Position numbers and translations under genes: made by a program. This document shows positions 18,989 through 27,674 of a stretch of 54,749 nt of DNA, one piece after another (positions within the stretch are counted from its first letter, which is position 1; every line of letters begins with the position of its first letter). The stretch covers positions 1-54,749 of the forward strand of contig JBOHKB010000371.1 in NCBI GenBank assembly GCA_050728815.1, in the 5' to 3' direction. This DNA comes from Propylenella sp. GTDB taxonomy: Bacteria; Pseudomonadota; Alphaproteobacteria; Rhizobiales; Afifellaceae. The notes beneath the pieces are model-generated. The model saw only the letters and a list, made by a program, of their open reading frames with translations. It was not told where the DNA came from and did no database searches.

Positions 18989-19432
18989 TCACCCACTTAG
19001 GCGGCGATCCGTGGTCGCCTGGATTTCGAAGGCCCCCCGGTATTCTTCGATCTTGCGTACTGATCCGATCCGGTTGAGGGCACTCCCGCACTCGCTGCAG
19101 ACAGCCTTCAGAACGAGGCGTCGATCGTCGCGGATTTCGATGTCGACGAGGTTCTCCCACGGAGGTGTTGGACGCCGACATCCGCAGCAAAAAAACTCGT
19201 TGAGTTGGCACGGACGCCTCCGGCGCGTCTGACGACCACCAAGGAAGTCGATCAGGTCTGATCCGTGGATGAGCGTCGGTCGATGCGCGTCAATCGACCT
19301 GAGACCTTGTCTGAGCCAGAGGCGAACGGTGTTCGGATGCAGTCCAAACAGTTCGACGAGCTCGCGAACTTCATAGCTGTAGTCGCGACGGATCAGCCGC
19401 GTGTTATAGGTGCGCTTTTTCGCTCTCGGCAC
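18989..19432 (-). CDS. HTH DNA-binding protein with a C-terminal CxxC...CxxC zinc ribbon (function unknown)
   Basis: 147 aa. VRELVELFGLHPNTVRLWLRQGL (HTH-like), then FFCCGCRR...AVCSECGS. Confidence 0.6.
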   Translation of the reverse strand: MPRAKKRTYNTRLIRRDYSYEVRELVELFGLHPNTVRLWLRQGLRSIDAHRPTLIHGSDLIDFLGGRQTRRRRPCQLNEFFCCGCRRPTPPWENLVDIEIRDDRRLVLKAVCSECGSALNRIGSVRKIEEYRGAFEIQATTDRRLSG

Positions 19433-19466
19433 CGGGGATCGGCCATTTTCAGAAGGGCGGCGGCGA

Positions 19467-19697
19467 TCAACGCGCCGGCCGCGCCTTCCCCAAGGTCGAA
19501 ACGATGCCCGCGGCAGGACCGGCGACGGCTGTTGGATGGAGGAACGCCTCCACGTCGGACGTCCGCCAACGAAGCGTCTTGCCGATCCGAAAAGGCTCGA
19601 TCGGCCAAGTGCCGTTGCTGAGTTTGTTCCTGATCGTCTTGGCGGGGATCTTCAGGATCCCCGCCAGATCGTTGATGTCGATGAGCTGCTCTTCCAT
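19467..19697 (-). CDS. AlpA/excisionase-like HTH protein
   Basis: Track ORF 19467..19841 trimmed to ATG at 19697. MEEQLIDINDLAGILKIPAKTIRNKLSNGTWPIEPFRIGKTLRWRTSDVEAFL. Confidence 0.65.
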   Translation of the reverse strand: MEEQLIDINDLAGILKIPAKTIRNKLSNGTWPIEPFRIGKTLRWRTSDVEAFLHPTAVAGPAAGIVSTLGKARPAR

Positions 19698-19802
19698 TCT
19701 GGCCCCGCGAACAAAATGCGACTTATGTAGCGCGCCGTCACTACTTATCCCGCCATCTCCGGCATTGTACTGCCGATTCCTCTTGTAGCGCAAGTTCGAT
19801 AC

Positions 19803-20408
19803 ATGTATGGTCCGGGACGATACGGGACGAGGAGGGACCATTTGCCGCCAGAGAAAGCAGCACGATCGAAGACTCAGACGCTGTCTCTCCGCCTCGATCC
19901 GAAGACCCGATTCGTTCTTGAATTTCTTTCAAAGCTGAGGCTGCAGAGCATCACGACGGTGGTTGAGGAGGCCATCCGTCAGGCTGGCGCGCGGCTGCAG
20001 GTCGATGCGACAGACGAAAAACCCCGCTCGTGGCGTGACTATTGGGATGTGAACGAAGGCGTCCGCGCGATGCTCATGCTTGCGGACCCTGACATTCCTT
20101 CGAACTATGAAGACGACGAGCTCCGAGATTTCATCGCCCACCACATCGAGTTCTTCAGCGAGACCTATGAACTGACCAATCCGGATCGGATTAACCTCGC
20201 TGTTCTGTGGCCGGACATCGACCACTACGTTGAGGCTTGGCAGAGAGGTCGAAGCACAAGCCCGTGGCAAGCCGGCGAGATGATGGCCTCGGCATTGCGC
20301 GATGCCGAGATCGACCCACCGGAATGGCCCCGCCGGTCTAAGACCCCTCCCGGCCCCAGAGAGCGCAATAGCGCGCGCCCCAAGCTAGACGACGAAATTC
20401 CTTTCTGA
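19803..20408 (+). CDS. hypothetical protein with an N-terminal ribbon-helix-helix-like segment
   Basis: 201 aa. TLSLRLDPKTRFVLEFLSKLRLQSITTVVEEAIRQ resembles a CopG/RHH fold; I do not recognise the C-terminal 140 aa. It lies 10 nt upstream of the second integrase gene. Confidence 0.5.
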   Translation: MYGPGRYGTRRDHLPPEKAARSKTQTLSLRLDPKTRFVLEFLSKLRLQSITTVVEEAIRQAGARLQVDATDEKPRSWRDYWDVNEGVRAMLMLADPDIPSNYEDDELRDFIAHHIEFFSETYELTNPDRINLAVLWPDIDHYVEAWQRGRSTSPWQAGEMMASALRDAEIDPPEWPRRSKTPPGPRERNSARPKLDDEIPF

Positions 20409-20417
20409 GGTGCACCA

Positions 20418-21596
20418 ATGGCAAGCAGACTTGACGCCTCGAAGTTGAAACGCCTGAAGCCCGGAGCTTGGATGTGGGAGAGCGGCATTGGCTACCGCCG
20501 CCATCAGGCCGGCGACGGCGGTGCTTGGTATATCAAGTATCGTGCGCCTCTCACCGGTAGCTACCCGGCGGGCGTCTCGCCGCCGACACGCCAGATCAAG
20601 GAGCGGCTTCCGAACTGCCGGAACCGTTCGCAGGCAGAAGGCGTGCTGATGGCGCGGCGGGCTGCGGTTTTCGAGGGCACCTTCCAGCGCAAGCGACGAG
20701 CTGAACCAACAACGCTCACCTCGTTTGCGCCCCGGTTCTTGGAATCGAAGCGGCACCTGCGGACCGCAGCGAAATATCGCCAGCAGCTAGACCAACACCT
20801 GATAGCGTTCTTTCGCAACAAGCCCATTGAGGCGATCAGCGGCCAAGACTGCCTCGTCTACTACAATGCGCGCCTCGACACGTCTGCGGCCGTCTCGACC
20901 GTCAATGGGGAGATGGCTTGTCTCAAGAGCCTGTTCTCCGAGGCTCAGCGTGCCGGCGCAGCCCAAACAAATCCGGTGAAAGGGATCAAGCTCCTGAACC
21001 CGAACAACGTCCGCGACCGCCTTCTGTCAAATGAGGAGACCGCTCGGCTATTCACCGCCGCGGAGGATGTGGACGATTTCATTCGCCCGCTCTTCCATAT
21101 TCTCTTTCATACCGGTATGCGGCTCGGCGAAGCACTTGCTCTGGAGTGGGCCGATATCGAGTTCGATCACCAGCGCATCATCATTCGTCGTTCGAAATCC
21201 GGGGAAGGCCGCAAGGTCCCGCTCAGATCCGTTCTCGCGGATGAACTCATCCGCTGGAAGCCGCATGCCCGCGGTAGCCGGTGGGTGTTTCCAGCGCGCT
21301 ACGACACCTCAAAGCCGATGCAAAGCATTCGCAAGGGCTGGCTGCGGCTTGTCAGCGCCGCTGGCATCGACAATTTCCGTCCGCACGACCTCCGCCACAA
21401 CTTCACCAGCGTGCTTCAGGCCCGGGGGGTGGCCGATTCGATCATCATGTCCATTACCGGCCACAAGACCCACGTCATGCTGCACCGCTACTCGCACGCC
21501 GCGGACGCCTCGAAGCAAGCGGCCGCGGAACTAATGCCCACGCCGATCAAATCGGAGCTGTCCAGGGTGACGCACCTGCGGCGCCGGAAGCGCTAG
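20418..21596 (+). CDS. tyrosine integrase, P4-like (Arm-type N-terminal DNA-binding domain)
   Basis: 392 aa. FHTGMRLGEALALEWADI, RPHDLRHNFTSVL and TGHKTHVMLHRYSH. N-terminus LKPGAWMWESGIGYRRHQAGDGGAWYIKYR. Confidence 0.85.
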   Translation: MASRLDASKLKRLKPGAWMWESGIGYRRHQAGDGGAWYIKYRAPLTGSYPAGVSPPTRQIKERLPNCRNRSQAEGVLMARRAAVFEGTFQRKRRAEPTTLTSFAPRFLESKRHLRTAAKYRQQLDQHLIAFFRNKPIEAISGQDCLVYYNARLDTSAAVSTVNGEMACLKSLFSEAQRAGAAQTNPVKGIKLLNPNNVRDRLLSNEETARLFTAAEDVDDFIRPLFHILFHTGMRLGEALALEWADIEFDHQRIIIRRSKSGEGRKVPLRSVLADELIRWKPHARGSRWVFPARYDTSKPMQSIRKGWLRLVSAAGIDNFRPHDLRHNFTSVLQARGVADSIIMSITGHKTHVMLHRYSHAADASKQAAAELMPTPIKSELSRVTHLRRRKR

Positions 21597-21794
21597 GATG
21601 AAGCGCGCCCAGGCCCTCGCGCCTCAGATACCCAAACGCCTTCAGCCCAGGTCCGAATACACTCCGGGAGCTGTTTAGGGCTCGCCGACGATGACCGCCG
21701 CCGACAGGATTTCCATGGCTCCCGACCCTCGCGAACTCCCACAGGCCGCCGAAGGCAAAGGGTTCAAGGGTCCTGGCTCTTGAACCGGTATGGC

Positions 21795-21953
21795 TCAGAC
21801 TGTGCATCCGCCGTGCATGACAAGCGTCGCGCCGGCAGCTACGAAACCGGAATCACGATTACCACCGACAAGATTATCGCCGAGCAAATTAGCGACAGCG
21901 TTGGCGATCCATGGCTCCCACACGGCAATTGCGTCGACCGGGAGCAACGAATA
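21795..21953 (-). pseudogene. fragment of an NMT1/SsuA-type periplasmic substrate-binding protein gene
   Basis: Track ORF 21795..22010 contains ..LLPVDAIAVWEPWIANAVANLLGDNLVGGNRDSGFVAAGATLV.., which resembles the C-terminal half of the SsuA/NMT1 family. There is no N-terminal half and no signal peptide. Confidence 0.3.
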
Positions 21954-22044
21954 GCAACAAGCCCCAACAGAGGCGGCGCTGAGCCGAATCGACCGCGCGG
22001 CGCATCGCACCGCTTCATCTCTCTCACCAGCACGCGTGCAATTA

Positions 22045-23052
22045 TTAATGATCCATCACACTTTCGGTGAACATTTCCTCCAGACGCACTTGCCGCGGCG
22101 TGAGGCCTTGCTCGAACGAATATTGCGCTACGGTCTCAAGCGTCATCCGATTTGCGGCGATACCATGCGGCGCCACGGGCGTCTCCAGCGCCGCTCGCGC
22201 ATCCGCCGGAAGGAGGCCGGTTTCCAGATGATAGGCCGCATGTTCAAGCCGGCTCCTTTCGGCGAGCAGGTTGGCCTGCTGAAAGGCCTTCAAGAGGTTG
22301 AGCACGACCCAAGGATGCTTTTCGGCAAGCTTTCGCCGAACGACGACGCCGTGGTTGACCGGAAAGATGCCTGTCTTTTCATAGTAGCGCTTCCCTTCCG
22401 CCAGCGGGTCGTGAAACAGCGTGCGGATTTCCGGATGGCACCACAGGTCGACCGTGCTCCGGTCGATCAGGTTCGAGTCGATAATATAATGCAGCGTCGC
22501 ATGCAGCTCTCCTGAGACCATCATCGAGCCGATGGATTTCTCCTGCGGTATCTGACGGATCGTTACGCCCGGCGGCGGGGCAAATCCGGTCGCCTCGGCA
22601 TGGCTGTGCTGCGGTTTCCGCTCCATCCAGAATTCCATCTGGGTCTGGTCGACACCGAATTCGTGGGCGAGGACGCCGCGAGCCCACAGCGCCGCAGTCT
22701 GCTGGAACTCAGGCACACCCACGCGTTTGCCCTTCAGGTCGGCCGGGCTTTCGATCCCGGCATCGCGCCGGACCAGGACGCCGGTGTGAAAGAACTTCCG
22801 CGTGGTGAAGACGGGCAACCCAATCCATCGCTCATCGCCCGCGGCAAGCGCAATCATCAGCGACGACAGCGACATTTCTGATACGTCGAACTCAGCAAAG
22901 CGGAGCTGGCGCCAAAACATCTCGGACGGGTGCAGGCGTGACGCGAGAAGGTCGATCCCCTCGGGAACCACTGTACCGTCGAAAATCGGACGCGTCCGCG
23001 GGTTCGAGGTCAATGCGATGCTGAGCTGCAACCTCACACCTGCCTCCACCAA
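22045..23052 (-). CDS. 4,5-dihydroxyphthalate decarboxylase-like (PhtD-like; NMT1/PBP-fold) protein
   Basis: 335 aa. RPIFDGTVVPEGIDL...FAEFDVSEMSLSS...GIESPADLKGKRVGVPEFQQTAALWARGVLAHEFGV...TGIFPVNHGVVVRRKLAEKHPW. Confidence 0.7.
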   Translation of the reverse strand: MVEAGVRLQLSIALTSNPRTRPIFDGTVVPEGIDLLASRLHPSEMFWRQLRFAEFDVSEMSLSSLMIALAAGDERWIGLPVFTTRKFFHTGVLVRRDAGIESPADLKGKRVGVPEFQQTAALWARGVLAHEFGVDQTQMEFWMERKPQHSHAEATGFAPPPGVTIRQIPQEKSIGSMMVSGELHATLHYIIDSNLIDRSTVDLWCHPEIRTLFHDPLAEGKRYYEKTGIFPVNHGVVVRRKLAEKHPWVVLNLLKAFQQANLLAERSRLEHAAYHLETGLLPADARAALETPVAPHGIAANRMTLETVAQYSFEQGLTPRQVRLEEMFTESVMDH

Positions 23053-23173
23053 GCATACGGCGACCGGTGGGCAACGCTAACGCGTTTCGGCGCAGGCCTG
23101 GCCCCTAGAAGCCTGACAACCGTCTCCACACGCTTCCTCCACCGAGCCACGGTCTGGGTCCTACCGGCCACAA

Positions 23174-24142
23174 TCACAAAAGGGTACGAACCGCTTCCAC
23201 GATTCTCGCCTTGTTTGGGGCGACCGCCGCTTCGAGAGCCGGGCTGTAGGGTACCGGCACATTGGGCCGCGCGACCCGCCGGACGCGAGCCTTGAGCAGA
23301 TCGAAGCCTTGCTCGGCCACCATGCCGGCAATATCGGAAGCAATGCCGCAGCGGAGCGGGCACTCATCGACGACAACAAGACGACCGGTGCGCGCCAATG
23401 TGGCAAGGATCGCCTCCTCGTCTAGCGGAACGATCGTGCGTAGGTCGACGACTTCGACGGAAACTCTCTCCGCGGCGAGCTCGTCGGCGGCCGCAATGGC
23501 ATGATGCACCATTAGCGAATTGGCCACGATGCTCACGTCAGTGCCGGCGCGCACTACGGCGGCCTCGCCGAAGGGGATGGGCGATTTCTTCTCCGGCACC
23601 TCGCCCTCCATCGCCAGCAGCTTCGCGTGACTGACGATGACTGTCGGGTTCGGGCTCCTGAGCGCTGTCCGCACCAGGCCGTAAACGTCCGCCGCGTTTG
23701 AAGGCGCGATGATCTCAAGGCCCGGAGCGTTGCTCATCATTGCTTGCGGGCTATTCGAGTGCTGCGATGCGCCGCCGCCGCGTATGCCGGCCAGATAGTG
23801 AAACGTCACCGGAACCTGGAGAATGCCGTTTGACATATAGCGGGCAACCGCCGCCTCGTTCACCACCTGCGACCAGGCAAGATAGCTAAAGCTTGCAGTG
23901 CCGAGATCAACGAAAGGGCGCATGCCGGCCATCGCCGCACCGACGGCGGTCGCGGCGGCGCCAGCTTCCGCAGTCGGCGGATCGCTGACGCGGCCGGGAA
24001 AATCGTTGCGGACGCGATCCATGAGATGACGCAGGGGGCCAAGCCCGAGCACGTAGCTGCCGATCAGAGTGACTTTCGGATCTTCGCTCAGGCTGTCGTG
24101 GAGGGCATCGACCAGCGCGTCGGCGAACCTTTGAACGGGCAT
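23174..24142 (-). CDS. 2-oxoacid (acetoin/pyruvate-type) dehydrogenase E1 component, beta subunit
   Basis: 322 aa. Transketolase-like Pyr and C-terminal domains: FPGRVSDPPTAEAGAAATAVGAAMAGMRPFV...VTFHYLAGIRGGGASQHS... Confidence 0.85.
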   Translation of the reverse strand: MPVQRFADALVDALHDSLSEDPKVTLIGSYVLGLGPLRHLMDRVRNDFPGRVSDPPTAEAGAAATAVGAAMAGMRPFVDLGTASFSYLAWSQVVNEAAVARYMSNGILQVPVTFHYLAGIRGGGASQHSNSPQAMMSNAPGLEIIAPSNAADVYGLVRTALRSPNPTVIVSHAKLLAMEGEVPEKKSPIPFGEAAVVRAGTDVSIVANSLMVHHAIAAADELAAERVSVEVVDLRTIVPLDEEAILATLARTGRLVVVDECPLRCGIASDIAGMVAEQGFDLLKARVRRVARPNVPVPYSPALEAAVAPNKARIVEAVRTLL

Positions 24143-24153
24143 GATCGGCTCTC

Positions 24154-25173
24154 TCAGGCGTAGACGTTGTCGAGAGCCGTGGCGGGATCGGGGAACGCGC
24201 TTTCGATGGCGAATTCGAGCGCTGCAGCGATCCTACCGATCACGGACGCATCTACCTCTTTCAGGCGTTCGACTTGGCGTGGGTCCTCGCCCATCAAGTC
24301 GCGGGCCAGGCGCAGTATGGGATCATGCCCGCGAATCCAATCGGCATGCTCGCCCTCGATGCGAACTTCGCCCGTCGCCATGCGAATGTCGGTGATGCCG
24401 GTCGCGAGCTCAGGCCACAAAGGGTTGGAGCCGGGCCAGCGTCTGGTCGTCGCTTCGATGAACACGGGGCCGTCGCCACGCCGGCAGCGCGCGACGGCTG
24501 CGGCCACCCGCTCCCGCACGCCATGCAGGTCCACGCCATCGATTTTTTCAGTCGCAATGCCCAGCGAACGAGGAATGTCGCCGAGATCGGAGCCAGCATG
24601 GACGAGAGTCGGATATCCGGCGCCCGGCACCCACGAGCCGGCGCTGTTGTTTTCGCACATGAAAACGATCGGCAGCTTCCATAGAGCTGCGATGTTGAGC
24701 GCCTCGTAACTGACGCCCTCCTCAAGCGCGCCATCGCCGAAGAAAGCCATCGTCATGGAGCCGTCATCGCGCTGCCTGCAGGCATAGGCGCCCCCCACGG
24801 CGAGCGAGATCGCTCCGCCGACAATCCCGGACGTCGAGAGAAAGCCGAGCGCAGGATCGCACAGATGGATCGTGCCGCCGCGCCCCCCGTTTAGGCCCGT
24901 TTCGCGGCCGAGAATTTCTGCAAAAGCTGGGCCCGGCGCGACGCCACGGGCGAGGACATGCCCGTGATTGCGGTGGGTCGTGGTCAGGTGATCGCCATCG
25001 CGAACCGCCGACATGGCAGCCACGCCGGTCGCCTCCTGTCCGATATAGAGATGGTAGTGGCCGGAGAAATGTCCTTCAGTCGAAAGCTTCAGAACTCCTT
25101 CCTCGAATCGCCGGATCAGCAGCATCTTCTCGAGAGCCTGCCAGGGCCAAGGCTCATCCAGCTCTTCCGTCAT
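24154..25173 (-). CDS. ThDP-dependent 2-oxoacid dehydrogenase E1 component, alpha subunit
   Basis: Track ORF 24154..25224, with the likely start at ATG 25173 (MTEELDEPWPWQALEKMLLIRRFEE). HLYIGQEATGV, GGRGGTIHL and FFGDGALEEG...FMCENN (ThDP-binding GDG...NN). Confidence 0.85.
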   Translation of the reverse strand: MTEELDEPWPWQALEKMLLIRRFEEGVLKLSTEGHFSGHYHLYIGQEATGVAAMSAVRDGDHLTTTHRNHGHVLARGVAPGPAFAEILGRETGLNGGRGGTIHLCDPALGFLSTSGIVGGAISLAVGGAYACRQRDDGSMTMAFFGDGALEEGVSYEALNIAALWKLPIVFMCENNSAGSWVPGAGYPTLVHAGSDLGDIPRSLGIATEKIDGVDLHGVRERVAAAVARCRRGDGPVFIEATTRRWPGSNPLWPELATGITDIRMATGEVRIEGEHADWIRGHDPILRLARDLMGEDPRQVERLKEVDASVIGRIAAALEFAIESAFPDPATALDNVYA

Positions 25174-25366
25174 ACCTTCCCCAATGGCGATTGAGCCGCG
25201 GCTGTTTAACACCCTCACCAACAAACCGGTGCTACTGTCGCAGAATTAGACACCACTCGACACCTCTCGCTCGACAGGCTTTCGATGGTGTTTGGTTCGT
25301 CCAGCCGGCTCTATACACGAGAGAGCCAATGCACCTGCACTTGCTTGAGGGGGAGGAAGCCAGAAA

Positions 25367-26098
25367 ATGACCGGCAACGAACACAAAATGGACCCTTGGG
25401 ACATGATGCAGGAGCACGATGTTCAGCGGTTCGGCGTCATCATACGCGACCGAGAAGAACAGGTCCGCTGGTGTCGCGCAATTTTTTTGGGAGGTCTGCC
25501 ATACATGTGGCGCAGGGCCGCTCCGGTACGCGACATGATGTACGACCGCATGGAGCTGAAGCCCGGCGACCGGGTCTTCGTAATCGGCGAGTCGCTGGAG
25601 AGCTGCGGATTCTTCTCCGACATCCGCGAACGCATCGGCGGCACCGGCGAGATCGAGTCGGTCGATATTACCGACCAGGCGCGCGATGCGGCAATGTCCG
25701 GCCGGCGCGGATCGACCGGGATGCTAGCGACCTGGAACTGGGACTATACGCTTGGCTTCGCCGACCAGACCTTTGATTGCGTCGCCTGTCTACAGGGGGT
25801 GCAGCACACCGAAGACTGGCGCGTCACCGGCCGCGAGCTGCTGCGCATCCTCAAGCCCGGGCGGCGCTTCGTAACGGGCGAGATCGCGCTCGGCTCGCCC
25901 GACCTCAACACGAAGATCGAGCTCGATCTGCACATCGAATATCTCTACGACAAGGTCTTCTCGCGCATCGGATTCGACCGCTACGACATCCCCTATTGGG
26001 GTCCACGCGACCTGATGAAGGCATTCGACGGAATCGTTGTCGAAGCCGAAACGTTTGTTTGGAAGGGCGTCGAACTGTTTTGGGCGCGAAAGCCCTGA
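25367..26098 (+). CDS. class I methyltransferase-fold protein (SAM-binding motif I degenerate)
   Basis: 243 aa. LKPGDRVFVIGESLESCGFF...FDCVACLQGVQH...LKPGRRFV. The GxGxG motif is replaced by GESLES, so activity is uncertain. Confidence 0.45.
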   Translation: MTGNEHKMDPWDMMQEHDVQRFGVIIRDREEQVRWCRAIFLGGLPYMWRRAAPVRDMMYDRMELKPGDRVFVIGESLESCGFFSDIRERIGGTGEIESVDITDQARDAAMSGRRGSTGMLATWNWDYTLGFADQTFDCVACLQGVQHTEDWRVTGRELLRILKPGRRFVTGEIALGSPDLNTKIELDLHIEYLYDKVFSRIGFDRYDIPYWGPRDLMKAFDGIVVEAETFVWKGVELFWARKP

Positions 26099-26135
26099 CC
26101 GCCATCGCACCGGCGGCGGGTCACTCGCCGTGGCG

Positions 26136-26561
26136 TCACTCGATGGGACCGCCCCGGACGTTCTGCGCACGGGTCAGGCGAATAAGGACAGCGATGCCGT
26201 TCTCAGCGCCTTCGTGGTCGCGCTCGCGATCGCTGAGCCTAGCGCGCACCGCCTCCCAGATATTGCCGCTCTCAAAGAGTTCGGCCGTGCCGTAGAAACG
26301 GAGGATGCCCGACCCCAGCACGCCGTCCCATTGTGCCCGAAGGTTGCTGTAGACGACGATCACCCGGTTGTCGTGCCGCAGGTTCTCGAGAGCAGTCTTC
26401 TTTGAGCGTTCCCAGTAGGCCAAATGCTCGTCGTCGAAGATCATCATGCTGCCCTTGGGACTGATATTTGGACCGCTCGGTCCCGACGTGCCGAGCAGGC
26501 AGACGTGCCCATCCTCACGGGCGTTGAAGATGAGGTCCTTGATCTTCTGGCTGAACGGCAA
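26136..26561 (-). CDS. pyridoxamine 5'-phosphate oxidase-family (FMN-binding split-barrel) protein
   Basis: 141 aa. GHVCLLGTSGPSGPNISPKGSMMIFDDEHLAYWE...NLRHDNRVIVVYSN. Confidence 0.6.
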   Translation of the reverse strand: MPFSQKIKDLIFNAREDGHVCLLGTSGPSGPNISPKGSMMIFDDEHLAYWERSKKTALENLRHDNRVIVVYSNLRAQWDGVLGSGILRFYGTAELFESGNIWEAVRARLSDRERDHEGAENGIAVLIRLTRAQNVRGGPIE

Positions 26562-26599
26562 TGTCTTCTCCGCTTGTCGCGACGGTGGCTCGATTCCAA

Positions 26600-27592
26600 C
26601 TAGACTGATGCCGGTCCTGCTCCAAGCGCGGCAAGCGACACGCCGGTTATCCGGGCAGTGCTTTCCTGCGGAAGTTGGTGGGCAAGCGGACCGAGAGCGT
26701 CGGCGAGACGCCTCACCACGTTTCGCTGGAGGAAATCGACCAGAACCTCCTGATTGCGGGACGGACTCTGCTGGACGGGCCAGACGAGATAGAGCGTCCG
26801 CGTGATTGCGGGGTCGGTGATGGCGCGGCCAACCAGCGCCCCGCGCGCCAGATCGTCGGCGACGAAGCCGAACGGCAGAACGCTTGCCGCGGCGCCGCGG
26901 CCGACAATGCGCTTCAGCGCTGCCGGGGCGTAGGCTTCGAAAGCCACCTTGACCGTATGCCCACCGGCCTGCGCGGCCGCATCCACGATCTGGCGAATCA
27001 TATCGCGCGCGCCGGGCAGCGCTAACTCGTAGGACAGCGCTTCTTTAAGCGTCACGGTGCCATTTACCGCGCCATTTCCGGCAGCGGTGACAAGGACAAG
27101 GCTTTCTTCCAGCACCGGTCTGCGGACCAGCCCACGCCGCTCCCCCACGTCATAGCAAAGGGCGAGGTCGAGCTTGCCAAGCTCAAGCGCTTCGACGAGA
27201 GCGAAGCTCAGCTCCTCTACGAGGCTCAGCACAATCTCAGGAATCTCGTCGCGGGCTGCAACGAGAAGATCGGGACCGAGGAGATGGACGAGGCTTGGGG
27301 TCAAGCCAAGAGCGACCGTCTCTGCCGATGGGTCCGCCAGCGCTCCGATATCGCGCCGGGTGTCCTCGACAAGCTGCGTAATCTTGCAGGCCCTCTCATA
27401 GAGGCGCTCTCCGGCGTTCGTCAGAGTGACGCCACGCGAATGCCGGACCAGCAACTTCACACCCAGATCGTCCTCCAGGTGGCGCATCTGCGTCCCCAGA
27501 GCGGGTTGCGCGACATGCAGCTGCTCGGCGGCGCGCGTCATGTTGCCGAGTTCGGCAACCCGGATGAAGTAGCGGAGTTGACGGAGATTGAT
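26600..27592 (-). CDS. LysR-family transcriptional regulator; N-terminus apparently initiates at a non-canonical ATC
   Basis: Track ORF 26600..27541 starts inside the wHTH (MTRAAEQLHVAQPALGTQMRHLE). The upstream in-frame sequence reads TGA AGG GAG CAG CAG ATC AAT CTC CGT CAA CTC CGC TAC TTC..., i.e. INLRQLRYFIRVAELGN, the canonical LysR N-terminus. A GGGAG Shine-Dalgarno lies 6 nt before ATC. Confidence 0.75.
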   Translation of the reverse strand: MNLRQLRYFIRVAELGNMTRAAEQLHVAQPALGTQMRHLEDDLGVKLLVRHSRGVTLTNAGERLYERACKITQLVEDTRRDIGALADPSAETVALGLTPSLVHLLGPDLLVAARDEIPEIVLSLVEELSFALVEALELGKLDLALCYDVGERRGLVRRPVLEESLVLVTAAGNGAVNGTVTLKEALSYELALPGARDMIRQIVDAAAQAGGHTVKVAFEAYAPAALKRIVGRGAAASVLPFGFVADDLARGALVGRAITDPAITRTLYLVWPVQQSPSRNQEVLVDFLQRNVVRRLADALGPLAHQLPQESTARITGVSLAALGAGPASV

Positions 27593-27674
27593 CTGCTGCT
27601 CCCTTCAGTTACGCACGACCGCCGGGCGGCTGATCGATTCAGGGCGGCTACCGAAGAAAGAAGTTCGCTCAGGC

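Larger units (their letters stand above)
12010..21652 (+). mobile_element. tRNA-Phe-associated genomic island (type I R-M cargo plus two tyrosine-recombinase modules); right boundary tentative
   Basis: It starts directly 3' of the tRNA and contains two integrases and an Xis-like gene. An 11-nt match tcagcccaggt occurs at 11931-11941 and 21642-21652. Gene fragments follow at 21.6-22.0 kb. Confidence 0.5.

Noticed and set aside
22750-22761. 12-nt match (ttcgatcccggc) to the T-arm region of tRNA-Phe, a possible att remnant
   Set aside because: It lies inside the apparently intact PhtD-like coding sequence. It matches only the generic T-loop region, and one such match per window is about what chance predicts.
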